A stretch of 64,000 nt of DNA from Octopus sinensis (lineage: Eukaryota). The notes under the pieces were generated by a model. It worked only from the letters and a program-made list of their open reading frames with translations. It was not told the DNA's origin and made no database searches. Of the stretch, positions 15,130-28,273 are shown in pieces (position 1 is the stretch's first letter; the number at the start of each line of letters is the position of its first letter). Location: assembly GCF_006345805.1 (NCBI RefSeq), contig NC_043008.1, positions 36,518,001-36,582,000 of the forward strand, given 5' to 3'. The translations under genes were made by a program, and so were the position numbers.

Positions 15130-16347
15130 CTGTTGTGTCCACTACTCTGATTGGTTGGTATTGGCGCAATTTGTCTCTTGATGTATTACGCGCCAAATGT
15201 GCAACCCAACCAATCGCAACCTTCTAATAAGATCCTGTGATACAATTTTTTCTAAAGCTTCGTTTGAACCTATAGTTTGCTATAAAACACAGCGATTCAT
15301 TGAATCGAGCGTCTTTGGCTATAGATATTCTAAGGTCTAGTCACTGACCACAGAGCGACGCAGCCAGTTCCAGCGACAGACATGGACAGACAACACTTGC
15401 AGCATTTCCGGACCTGCATCTACGTCGCCTTCATCTTAACGTGGCCTTCATCTTAACGTCGCCTTCATCTTAACGTCACCTTCATTTTAACATCGTCTCC
15501 ACCACCGTCGCCTTCATCTTAACGACGCCAACAGCAACTTCGCCCAGGTTTAACTTCTCACTGTTTGTGAATACTTCACCATGGTTAACAGTAAGCTCAA
15601 TTTGCGAGAACCTTCTGTACCAAGTAACCCGGGACAGCATAGAAGCCACAACCTCTACACGACACGTAGTGACCGGCTCTGCCCTTTTCGCCTCAACTTT
15701 TAGTTACAGAACTACTACTATTGTGCAACTTACTACGGACTGGTATTATCTTCATTTTGTGTCTGAACTTCTAGCGTCCTGACAGACTCATTTCAATGCT
15801 CTGTATTTTATCTCGCACGCATACACCCTTGTTTGTACACACATACACATTATGTATGCTTGACGGCCTGTCTATTATTATTGTTCTTATCATATATATA
15901 CTTCTGACGAACTCACAGACACACTCTGCTAACACACATACACTTATTGTATGCATGACGGCCTGTCTATTATTAGTGTTCTTATAATATATGTACTTAT
16001 GACGAACACACAGACACACACACTCTGCTACCCACATGCTAACATCTAAATAAACCTTTCTCTTAAACATTCTACTGTTGTGTCGTCTTTCTTATTCCTT
16101 CTGGCACTTATACTCATTTATCTATATTTTGGCTTTTATTGTAAGGCGACCGTGCAGTGTTTAAAGGAGTCCTTCATTCGTCACCTCTCCCTTTCGCACG
16201 GTCGAATTACAGAACTGATTCTTCGTCTATTCCCGCTACAGAAGGATATTCTAAATCATATCTTTTCTGTTGTATGCTGTTCTCTTTGTATCTGTTCTAC
16301 TGCGTTTATTATTGTAACCGTCTCAAATTAGTGGTTGAAATCTATAC
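15130..16347 (+). mobile_element. Possible solo LTR or unclassified repeat
   Basis: CCAAT motifs, TATAAAA near 15281, a 17-bp tandem array, a ~97-bp imperfect direct duplication (about 15835-15925 and 15930-16030), and AATAAA near 16049. No TSD found. Confidence 0.35.
15423..15522 (+). repeat. 17-bp minisatellite CGTCGCCTTCATCTTAA x5
   Basis: Four contiguous units, a 15-bp interruption, then a fifth unit. Confidence 0.9.
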
Positions 16348-16857
16348 AGCATGAAAGTAAATAATTTGAAATTTTGAGTTATGTCCATTTAATTTCCAAG
16401 TTCAAAATTTGAGCGGTTAGATTTACCTTCCGGAGTTGATAAAATAGCCTCGTATTTAAATAATTGAACTCGGCTTCGACTTCTTCACCAAACGTTTACC
16501 TTTGCAGCAAAATTTCAAATCATCTGTAATTTATTTTGCTTGCTTTTTCTCCCCAGATTCGACTGTTATGCATTTAAAGAAGTATGAAACAAAATCGACC
16601 ACATAATCTAATTCTTTAATATAATATTTTTTAATTTTTTGCACGCTTTTGGTGGCGTTGGGTGTAATTTGAATTCATTGACTCCAGTACTCAGCTGATT
16701 ATTATTTTATTGACACCGTAGGGATGAAGGGCAAAGTCGACTTCGGCGGAATTTGAATTGATAACATAAAGAGCCGGAAGAAATGAGGTTAAGAATTTTT
16801 TTATGGCGCAGAAGCAATTCTGCCATCTCGCCACTTTATTCTTTAACATACTTTATA

Positions 16858-17053
16858 GGCGCAGGAGTGGCTGTGTGGTAAGTAGCTTGCTTACCAACCA
16901 CATGGTTCCGGGTTCACTCCTACCGCGTGGCACTTTGGGCAAGTGTCTTCTACCATAGCCTCGGGCCGACCAAAGCCTTGTGAGTGGATTTGGTAGACGG
17001 AAACTGAAAGGCCTGTCGTGTATATGTATATATATATATATATATAATATATA

Positions 17054-17125
<72 letters not shown>

Positions 17126-17332
17126 TGTGTCTGTGTTTGTCCCTCCAAAATCGCTTGACAACCGATGCTGGTGTGTTCATGTCCCCGTAACTTAGCGGTT
17201 CGGCAATAGAGACCGATAGAATAAGTACTAGGCTTACAATGAATAAGTCCTGGGGTCGATTTGCTCGACTAAAGGCGGTGCTCCAGCATGGCCGCAGTCA
17301 AAATGACTGAAACAAGTAAAAGAGAGTAACGA
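16858..17332 (+). mobile_element. tRNA-derived SINE, family A
   Basis: Near-identical to 1377-1826; B-box GGTTCACTCC. Confidence 0.9.
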
Positions 17333-17533
17333 GTATACTCTAATAAGATCGAGTGTTGCGCTGAAACAACTATCAGTGCAGAACGAAATATCAACGAGAT
17401 AATCTAAATCGTTAATAGAATGTGATATACTCAAGTATCACGAGTTAAACAACCATTAAATATGGAACAAAAGTGGAAACAAGGAAATATAAGGAAATTA
17501 TGAATTTCATTAAATTTATGCCACCAAATAAAA

Positions 17534-18020
17534 TCTCTCTATATATATAAACGGCAGTTTGTCTGTCTGTGTGTCTGTGTGTCTGTCAGGTTGTACCCTC
17601 ACCCTGACCACGGCTTTCAACCGATTCTGATGAAACTTGACACACACATAGCCCAATGTCATAATTCAAAACTAACGCAGCGAAAATTTTGAAAAGTCCC
17701 CCCAGTTCTGAAAAAAATTGATAAATTCGACATGGGGTCGAGAATCTAAGCTTTTTATTTGCAACAATTTTCTGTGGTAGTTTTCGCTTAATGCTAACCT
17801 AAGAAACTTAATTCTGACTTTAGTTTTCCATGCAATACCTTACCATCAGAAAAATTCGATAAAATCATGCCATTTTGGGAAATCGCGTTCAAATTCGAGA
17901 TGACATATTTTCGACAATATCTTTCACAAATTGACAGGAATTTTTTAAAAATTCACAGCGAGCATCATGTCTGTTCCAGGGGCTCTTACATACCCGGGCA
18001 ATGCCGGGCTATGCTGCTAG
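17534..18020 (+). mobile_element. Non-autonomous Helitron
   Basis: 5' TC(TCTC)TATATATATAAA, (GTCT)n-like repeats, 3' hairpin CCCGG-GCAATG-CCGGG, terminal CTAG, inserted between A and T with no TSD. Confidence 0.8.
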
Positions 18021-18231
18021 TCAATTATAAAGCATAGAATTTCCATGGGTCCTACCTCTCTATAATATTATTCTTCCTGCTCTTACATACCCTTTTACAT
18101 GTAATCATAACTACGAAACAAAATTGTTGACAATTTTATTCATTAATAAAATGAAGCAATGTTATGAAGGTCTATAAGTCATGATACAAATAAGGAAATT
18201 TATAAAAGTTTGGAATTTCCGTGGGTCCTGC

Positions 18232-18720
18232 TAGTTGTTATAAGTCTCAAGGGCAACGAGATGGCAGAGCTCTTAGATCGCCGGAAGAGTATTTTGAGTG
18301 TATTTTACTGAGTTCAAATCCTGCCGAGGTTAACTTTGCCTTTCATTCGACCAGGGTTGATTAGATAAAGGAGCAGTCAAGTACTTAGGTCGACAGCTTG
18401 CCTAAATGAGCAACTATTAGTCGAGAAAGAAAATACTTTGCAGTATGCTGTCCAGTTTTTTTTTTTACATTCTGAGTTCAAATCCCGACGAAGTTATCTT
18501 TGCCTTTCACCCCTCTTGGGTCGATGAAATAAATTACTAGCCATAGTTGTTATAAGTCTCAAGGGTAATGAGATGGCAGAGCTCTTAGAGTGCCGGAAGA
18601 GCATTTTGAGTGTATTTTATTGAGTTCAAATCCTGCCGAGGTTAATTTTGCCTTTCATTCGACCAGGGTCGATTAACTCATTTCCCCTCAAAATTATTGG
18701 CCTTGTGCGTAAATCAGAAA
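18232..18720 (+). mobile_element. Decayed SINE-B copies with a ~127-bp local direct duplication (18232-18358 and 18544-18670)
   Basis: Both copies share the upstream flank TAGTTGTTATAAGTCTC, indicating DNA-level duplication. Confidence 0.7.
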
Positions 18721-19515
18721 TCAATGCTGTTATTGCTCTTAATGTAATGAGTTCAATATTTATCGCAGTAAATTTTGTCTTTTGTCTTTCGTCTTTCCGT
18801 TGCAGTTAAGTAATCGGATCATTGTGCTTGTTAGAAAAGAATATTCTAGCAGTTACAAGGGCCGTGACTCTTCAACTAAAACACCTTACGTCTCTACATT
18901 TTCTAAGTTCAAATCTTACCGATGTCTTGATCACTTTTCAATTTTCCCCGTACACATTACTTCGACCTTACTCTTCCCGCCACTAACAGTTAGCTGTATG
19001 ATCAGGAAAGAATCGGTAGCTTAGTAGATAAATTTCCTTGAGTTATTTACTCCGGCTTTCAATGCCCTGAGTTCGAATCCTTCAGAGGAAAACTTTACAT
19101 TTCATCTTTCCGAGGCCGATAAAAAAGGTTAAAATCAAATCGGTATATTAGTGGAACAATAAAAACATAGGTCATGTAGATTGTGGTCTGATACCTTGCA
19201 TTCAAGTTCAAATCCCGCCATAGTTAGTAGACTTGGCACCATCTGGTACTTTGTTTTTAGCAGAGCTCATTCTGTTGCAACCCTTCAAACTAGATCTCCA
19301 GTTTGAGGATACATTCCTTCTTCCTTACCACCAATCTTGGAGACCCCAAAACGGTTCAGAGACCCAACCTCTTTTTCTGAGTGAAAGAAAGAAAATGATC
19401 TGTGTTCAAATTTCCCCCAGTCCAATTTCCGAAAACATGCGAAGTCACTAATGTCGCTTTTTTCTGCATCACAATGCTATCTCTCCCGACAGTTGTTTTA
19501 ATTATAAATCCGTCT

Positions 19516-20077
19516 AAGGCAGCGAGCTGGCAGAAACCTTAGCAAACCGGGCGAAATGCTTAGCGGTATTTCGTCTGCTGCTACGTTATGAGTTCAAATT
19601 CCGCTGAGGTCGACTTTGCCTTCCATCCTTTCGGGGTCGATTAAATAAATACCAGTTACACACTGGGGTCGATATAATCGACTTAATCCGTTTGTCTGTC
19701 CTTGTTTGTCCTCTGTGTTTAGCCCTTGTGGGTAGTAAAAAATAGGTATTTCGTCTGGTGTTACGTTCTGAGTTCAAATTCCGCTGAGGTCGACTTTGCC
19801 TTCCATCCTTTCGGGGTCGATTAAATAAATACCATTTACACACTGGGGTCGATATAATCGACTTAATCCGTTTGTCTGTCCTTGTTTGTCCTCTGTGTTT
19901 AGCCCCTTGTGGGTAGTAAAGAAATAGGTATTTCGTCTGGTGTTACGTTCTGAGTTCAACTTCCGTTGAGGTCGACTTTGCCTTTCATCCTTTCGGGGTC
20001 AATAAAATAAGTACCAGTTACGCACTGGGGTCGATGTAATCGACTTAATCCCTTTGTCTGCCATTGTTTGTCCCCCT
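19516..20077 (+). mobile_element. SINE-B with triplicated ~180-bp body
   Basis: One head (AAGGCAGCGAGCTGGCAG) followed by three units starting GGTATTTCGTCTG at ~19566, ~19745 and ~19927. Confidence 0.85.
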
Positions 20078-20249
20078 TTATATATGTATGTATGTATGCA
20101 TGTATGTATGTATGTATGTATGTATGTATGTATGTGTGCATGTATGTATATATGCGTGAATGTATGTGAATATAACCGTAGTGTTCACTTTGTACTTTCA
20201 GGTATGGCGAATTTTTCATTCTTTCGGAATATATACACATAACATTATC

Positions 20250-20280
<31 letters not shown>

Positions 20281-20335
20281 ATATATATCTTATATATATA
20301 TATTATTTATATTATAGATATGATATAGATATGAG

Positions 20336-20392
<57 letters not shown>

Positions 20393-20399
20393 CTGAAAA

Positions 20400-21060
20400 T
20401 AATCTGATGAACATTTATGTATAAGCATGTAGATATTTAAAGAACAGATTTACATGGAGTAGAAAAGATACGGAAAACTAAGGGGATAGGGCATGATATT
20501 TCAGGTCCGACAGCTGTTTGGGTGAGGGCTCGGAATTACGCAATAGCTGTAACGTTGGTAGATGGAGTGTGCAAAAAGTCAAGGATATGCAATCAGTAGT
20601 GGATGCATATAAGCATTACCGTAAATCCGGCCTCCGTCTTCAGGATGGAGAGATTGACATTTATTTTATATATCAAGCCCAAGCATTTTCATTTGTTTAT
20701 GTACATCACTATTTCTATATCAGATCACCTACATTTCTCGTATCGTCACTCTTTATCCTGTAAACTTAGTCCTCGTAAAAGTTTCGGATTGTAACTTTAA
20801 ATCATTTGAGCATTATACTGTTTCCCATACTGGGCATCTCCGAATCTCACCTGTTGACTATATATCTCACTTATATTTTCCTTCCTCCACTACACTCTGT
20901 ATTTCATATCTTCTTTACAATAACTATTGCTTAACTATTTTCTTGCACCGTCTCTGATGAAGGGATGTATAAAATATCCCGGAAACAGCTGTAAGACTTC
21001 TCTATAAATGATCTGAAATCTTTCATAGTTTTTGACTTTTTTTTCATCTCTTCTGTTAAT
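20400..21060 (+). mobile_element. Penelope-like element terminal (pLTR) remnant
   Basis: Contains an intact hammerhead (20950-20997) and an inverted AAACAGCTGTC half-motif near 20510; flanked by microsatellites. Confidence 0.5.
20950..20997 (+). ncRNA. Type I hammerhead ribozyme (Penelope-type)
   Basis: Stem I GUCU/AGAC, core CUGAUGA, stem II GGGAUGU/AUAUCCC, GAAA, palindromic stem III ACAGCUGU, predicted cleavage after GUA (20993). Confidence 0.8.
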
Positions 21061-21296
21061 TCATATATATATACATGTATATATATATGTATATGTTAGT
21101 GTAATAAGTAGTATGTGTATTATGTAATGTTGTATGTAGTATGTATGTATGTATGTATGTATGTATGTACTACTTACGTATGTAATGTATGTATGTACGT
21201 ATTTATGTAGTGTATATATGTAAATATATATATATTATATATATATATATATAGTATATATATATAATATATATATAATATTATAAATATGAGTAT

Positions 21297-21299
<3 letters not shown>

Positions 21300-21327
<28 letters not shown>

Positions 21328-24300
21328 CTAGTTTCAGCTTATGAGCTGTGGCCATGCTGGGGCACCGCCATTTGGTGTTGCTACTTGGTTTCACTTCATG
21401 GAGGCTTTCTAGCACTGCTATTTGGTGCATGAGAGAGTTCGATGCAGCTGCCCTCATCTGCCCCTCCTGCCGTGAAGTTGGTTCATCTGGGACACCTGAC
21501 AGGAAGAGATCCAGCTTCATTTTAAAGACATCTGTATCCACCCCATGCAGGTCTCTCAGGTTCTTCGGGAGGATATTGAAGAGCTGTGGGCCTCGGAAGC
21601 CCAGGCTATCACAGAATCTTGTCCTACATCTTGATGGCAGGTTTGGAGTCCTAGGCACCACGCAGTGGCGCCCAGTTCTGGCATTTGCGTAACTCTCGAT
21701 GCCAAAGTTCAGGACACTTCCCTCCAGGATCTTCCAGATGTATATTATGGCATATCTTTCCCGCCTACGCTCCAGGGAATATATTTTAATCTCTTGAGTC
21801 TTTCCCAGTAGCTTACATTCTGCATAGAGGCTATCTTCTTTGTGTAGCTTCGTTGGATCGCCTCAAGTTCTGTGATCAACTTGACACTGGATGGTGACCA
21901 TAGCTGAGAGAAATAGTCAAAGTGGCTTAGGACAAGTGTCTTCCAGAGGACCATCATGGTTTCTTGTTCTCTGTTCTAAAGGTTCTAAGAATCCATCCAG
22001 CCAGCCGTCTACATTTCATTGTCAGTTTAGCAACATGTACATGAAAGGTCGCGTCATCACTCATGTGAATACCCAGGTCACGCACTGATTGTGCCTCTGG
22101 GATTGCAATCCCTCCGGGTCCAGTGTATTCCTTGGGTATTGCATTCAGTTTTGCATGCTGATAGTATAAAGCTTGAAACTTTCCAGCATTGAACTGCATG
22201 CTATTCTTTTCAGCCCACTTGTATATTTCGTCAAGCAGGTGCCTAGTGTCTTCAGGGTTCTGTATTGCCTGTGAAACTTTTGTATCATCTGCATAACTTG
22301 TGATCGTGGCTCTCTGCGTGGCTGAGGGCATGTCTGAGAGGGCCATTATGAACAGTAGTGGTCCCAGAACAGTGCCCTGCGGAACACCGCTCACTATTTG
22401 TGTGTTAATGGAGGTGGCCCCATTGGCTACTACCACCTGACTTCTATCCTTCAGAAAGTCATGAAGCCATTCTCCCAGTTTTCCAACTATGTTGAGATCA
22501 CGCAGTTTGTGACATATCATTCCATGATCGACTTTATCAAAGGCCTTTGCAAAGTCGAGATATATCACTTCCACATTTGAGTGGTTGAGCAGCCGTTTCA
22601 GCACCTCATAGTGTTGTAGGAGCTGAGTTAAACAGCTTCTCCCTGGTCGGAAACCATGTTGGGTGTCGGGCAGCAAGTCATTCTCTTCAAGGAAGGTGAT
22701 CAGCTTCCTTCTGACTATTCGTTCCATGACCTTGCTGATGTGTGAGGTCAGAGAGATAGGTCTATAGTTTCTTGGCTTCCGCTCTGCTACCTCCTTTATG
22801 AATGGGGCATATTTTACCTTCCTTCAGTTTTCCTGGAAGTTTGCCAGCTGCAAAGGAAGCTCTGAAAGAGGAACTGCAGTGGTCTTGCTAGGACTCTCTA
22901 CATGCTTTTAGGAGGATTGCCGGGAATCCATCGGGGCCAGTAGCTGAGTCTGTTTTCATTTCATCTATAGCCTTTGTTACATCGTCTTCCTTTATATCGA
23001 TGTAATCTATCGTCGCCGCCTCTGATTTTATATCTGCAGTGGTAAAAAGTCAGTTGGATGGTGATTTGGAGATGCCCAAGGGGTGGAGTGAAAACACTCT
23101 TGAATTGCTCATTCAGTATTTCACTTACCCTCATTGGTTTTCCTGTAAGTGTGCCATCCTTTTCGAGGAGTGGCCCTATTCTACAGTGCACTGTAGCTGT
23201 TTCTGTTTCTTTGGCATACCTGTAGAAAGCTCTGGGGTTAGATTTTATGTTTTCTATAGCCCAGGCTTCTTTGTCTGCTCTTTCTTTTCATGGGAGAGTT
23301 GCAGACATTTTTCGATTTCCAACAGTTTTATTTTTAGGCGGGACTTTTCACTGCTTCAATCTGTTTGTTTAGGCGATTTGAAAATTTCGTACGCCGTCTC
23401 ATTAAGATTTTCCTCTCTCTGGGGATTTTGTTCTTGTGTACAGTGGCCTTTCTCTCTGGGACACATTTGTAGCATATGGCTTGCATTACAGACATGAATT
23501 GTTGAAGTTTCACGTCGATGTCTGGCGAGGAGAGACATTTAGGCCAGTTTTGTTTGAGGATCTCTTTCTCAATTTGTTTCCAGTTTGCCTTATGGTTTCA
23601 AGCTGGAAAGATTTTGAGGGTTTCTTGTAGGCTGCATGTCCGTGCTCTCTTTTGGCCCGTACATGGTCAGCTCTATCATCTTGTGATCCGAGAGTAGTGT
23701 CGGTGTCACTTTCACATTATGGATGAGATCCATGTCATTTGTGAAGCAGAGATCCAGTGTGTTACCTGCCCTGGTTGGTTGGAGTATTACCTGCTCCATG
23801 TACAGGTGTTGATGAGGTTCAGGAGGAGACCTCGCCTGTCCTCGTTCACATCTTGTCATTCCTGGAGAGAAAGGCCCTCGGGCCATCTGACATTGGGCAG
23901 ATTGAAGTCTCCCATAAGAAGCACACCTATGTGTTGTTCTAATGTGGTTAGAATTTCTTCTATTTTTATAAGGCAGTCTTCAAACTTGCCCACATGGCTT
24001 GGGGCATCTGGAGGGCGATATGTAGCACACAAACTACATCAAGTTGCTTAATATGTACAATTAGTGTGTCACACACAGGTTTGAGTATGACAAGAGGACC
24101 TGGGGTGTGAGGTCCTCACGGATGTACATAGCAACACCTCCATGACTCCTTTCTTTCCTGTCGGTCCGTAGTACAGCATACTGTGGTATGTGTAACTCCG
24201 CATCTGCTATGTCCGGTTTCAGGTGCGTTTCTGTAAGTGCTATGCATATGGCTTGATTGCATGCAACAAAGTCTCTCAGGAACGGGATCTTTGTCCTGTT

Positions 24301-24350
24301 ACTGAGTGTTTGCAGTCCTCTGATGTTCAGTAGGAGTATCGAGGTGATAA
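21300..24350 (-). mobile_element. CR1-group LINE, nearly complete ORF2 (AP endonuclease plus RT), frameshifted pseudogene
   Basis: APE motifs LLNIRGL, IALTETHL, HGGVAMYI, GDFNLP, GNTLDLCF, SDH. RT motifs QHGFRPGRSC, YLDFAKAFDKV, GVPQGTVLGPLLF, YADDTK, VRDLG. (AATC)n tail. Confidence 0.95.
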
Positions 24351-24541
24351 ATAGTAAATACTATTTATTGTTTATGTAATCTAATTTTAGAATAATGTTT
24401 TTTGTATGATGTGAATAACGTCTTTCATTATTGAATTGTTTAATAGAAGTTATTCTCTAAGTTTTACATATATTATATATTGCGAAATTGATTTAGAATT
24501 GCTAAATTGAATTTTTCCCTGTAGTTTTTAAATTATATTCC

Positions 24542-24573
<32 letters not shown>

Positions 24574-24593
24574 CTATATATATATATATATAT

Positions 24594-24743
24594 CGCCAAG
24601 CTAACGTGGCAGTCCAGAGAAATAGGAATGCTGCTGTATGGACACAGATATGTGTCATATAGTTAGCTAGAGGCGATAGCTTCTTGGAGCTAATTAACGT
24701 CAGTATTCGTCCTATTTCTCTGGGCTGCCACGTAAACTTAGCG
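24594..24743 (+). repeat. 150-bp foldback element whose loop is the two-hairpin module of the hammerhead element at 56381-57033
   Basis: Imperfect ~34-bp terminal inverted repeat enclosing GACACAGATATGTGTC and AGTTAGCTAGAGGCGATAGCTTCTTGGAGCT; adjoins (TA)n. Confidence 0.7.
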
Positions 24744-24808
24744 TTAAATATTAATAACTAGTACTACTGCCATGTCTCTCCTTTAGAGAGATTTAGAAAT
24801 GATATTTC

Positions 24809-24851
<43 letters not shown>

Positions 24852-24924
24852 ATATATATATAACGGCCAATCAACACGCTGGAGTTTGGCTTTAACTGCT
24901 CTTTTTCCCTCTTCTTTGTCTTTA

Positions 24925-24963
<39 letters not shown>

Positions 24964-25048
24964 ATATATATAGTATGTATATATATTTGTATATATATAT
25001 GATTATAAATAGTATGTATATATATATATATATAATATATATATATAG

Positions 25049-25098
<50 letters not shown>

Positions 25099-25235
25099 AT
25101 ATATATAATATATATATATAATATATATATATATTATTCTTGCAACTTATTCTCATCTGATGAAAATTCAGTCAACAAATAGATCTCGGTGAAATAGATT
25201 ACTTTATATCATCATCATCATCATCATCATCATCG

Positions 25236-25267
<32 letters not shown>

Positions 25268-25446
25268 ATCATCACCAATATTATTATTATAATTATTGTT
25301 ATTATTATTGTTGTTGTTGTTGTTGTTATTACTATTATGCTTATTAGAAATCGTGTTCATTGGTGAGGTGGGAATTTTTTAAATATAACCGCAGGAAATG
25401 TTTCAATATTGGCATTACTTGCCATTATTTACTTGATAAATGAATT

Positions 25447-25519
<73 letters not shown>

Positions 25520-25939
25520 GTATACATATACACAGACACGCTCGCACATACGCACAAACTCACATACACCCATATCGTAAAAGTAAATTTGATCACTCAT
25601 TCTTCGCTAGAAACAGTATACAATACTTTTTACACCATTTGTTTTGCTTTTACAAAAGCGTTTTTGTCAATATGAGAAGGAATTATTTGTTTATGCGGAT
25701 TACTTACAGTATGAGAAGTTAAAATACATCTGGTTCTTTAAACATCCAAGAAAGTTTGGTAGAACAAACCTCGAATCAAAGACGTGTAAAGTGTTTTTTA
25801 TATTTTAAAATTAATATTCATTTACCTATTTTTGGCTGCCTTTAGCTTTTCTTACTCAGACGCGATAAATTGGGAGACATGTTAAGACGTTGGACTAAAT
25901 GCTTTGCGGTACATATATATATATGTATGTGTATGTATG

Positions 25940-26058
<119 letters not shown>

Positions 26059-26154
26059 ATATATATATATATATGTGTATATATATATTGTATATATATA
26101 CATACATACACACCACACACACGCACGTACGCACACACACACAGACACACACAG

Positions 26155-26206
<52 letters not shown>

Positions 26207-26684
26207 GGTTCTTTACCTTCTAATTTCAAATTCCAACGATGTCACCTTCCTTGCAAGGTGGATAAAACAAAGTACCAGTCATGTACTAGTGTCGATACTA
26301 TCGAGTAACCTGTTCTCCTCGAAAAAAATTGGTTTGTGCCTAAATTACAATTTTCTTAGTTGAAGGCGGTAATTTGGCCGAATCATAAACACGAGGGACA
26401 AAATCCTTTTCGGTATTTTTTCGTCTCTTTACGTTCTGAGTTCAAATTCTGAAGAGGACAAATTAGGGTTTCATCCTTCGGAGCAGACAAAATAATATAT
26501 CATCCAAATCCTGAGTTCAATTTTATCGGTTAACTCCTTCCTCCCATATCTATATTAGAAACATTTTGCTTACTCAAATGAGATGCAAACTTGTTGTAAA
26601 TAAACGACAAATTACCGCACAAGCAACCAAGAGACAATTGTTTCATTCCTTGTCAACGTTAGTATTGTCTTTGATTTCTGCAAT

Positions 26685-26970
26685 CAGTTAGTTAGTTAGT
26701 TAGTTAGTTAATTTTTTGGCTCAAAAAGCAAAAAGCAAGGCCATGTAGGGGGACCTAGAGTTATGTACAGGGTGGTGTTCATGTAAAGAGTTCAGGCTAA
26801 TTGTGGTCAAGGGAGACTTTGAACCGAGCGGTCGTCGGCATCTTCACCATCTCGTCCGGCAGCTTATTCCACGGATCCGCAACCCGGACGGAGAAAGCCC
26901 CTCTCCTTCGATTGAGATGAAATCGACGCAGATAGAGCTTTTCGGAATGACCCCGCAGCCGACGGGCTTG
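26685..26970 (-). mobile_element. CR1 LINE short 3' fragment
   Basis: RLRGHSEKL..FSVRVADPWNKLPDEMV..FKVSLD is the classic CR1 C-terminus; (AACT)n tail. Confidence 0.85.
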
Positions 26971-28107
26971 TCCACCGAAATGTAAATAGCCATCACAGTG
27001 TAGGAATATCGTAGGGCACAAGTAGAAACATAGTGAAATTAATGAAAATTTCGTCAAGTTGCAATATTGTGTTCACTTTTTTTCTGTCCTCAGTGTTGCG
27101 CCCAACTACATAGGTTCATAACATTGTTTCGCTAAAAGGTCTAGTTTGGCATTCAGCGAATACGTGAGGTTTGAGGTTTGTAATAAACTAGAAAAACGTC
27201 TACCATCTGTGTGAGTACAGTCGACTGAACAGACCTCAATATATTACTGCTACATATTTTATCATCTCCAGATATCGTTAATAAAAGTTAAAGCAGTTAT
27301 TTGCGAGGTTTGAAATTAGAACATCGGCGCCAGAAAAAAAAGAACTGATTTTGTATGGTGCAGTTTAACCTCTTTAACAAATCTCATCGTCCTGCTTAAA
27401 AGCCATGTATAAAAAAAAGTTACATGTGTAATAAAATAAAGAGGCCATATGACGTGCAAGTGGGTGTACATACATACATACATACATACATACTTACACA
27501 CATATGTGTGCATGTACAGGTGTGTGTATATGTATGTATGTATTTATACACGCACGCACACACACAGACACAATATAGAAGCATGTATCAAATACACATA
27601 TACATTTACACATACATACATACATACATACATACATACATACATACATACATACATACATACATACATACATACGTACATATATATATATATTTGGTAT
27701 TTATATTCTCGTTTGTTTGTTTCTTTTTAGTAGGTGGGTCATGAGTCATGAGTCTCTTGTAGTTCCTGAGAGAGATTTTTTTCCACCGGAATTAATTATC
27801 TTTTAATTAGTGACAGTAATTTAGCAAATATCTATGTCCATACCACATACATACCATGCATTAAACTGTGCTTCATTTTTCACTTTCCAAGTCATAACGT
27901 TCAAAAATACACTCCCCTCGCACCATTTCACACATTCTCCCCATACATATGGAATATATATATAATATATATGTATTATATATTATATATGATATATATA
28001 TATATATATATATAGGGTGGTGCTATTAAGTTAGACATGGCCTGGACCAATCTGGTCGAAACATATCTAAGTTTTATCTAAGTTTTATATATATAATATA
28101 CATATGG

Positions 28108-28189
<82 letters not shown>

Positions 28190-28273
28190 GTGTGTGTAAT
28201 TCATGTATAACCTCCTATTCCTCCTCATTATCATCATCACCATCACCACCATCATCATCATCCCCATCATCAT

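Noticed and set aside
15423-15522. CRISPR-like repeat array
   Set aside because: The 17-bp units are contiguous without unique spacers; eukaryotic context and no cas genes.
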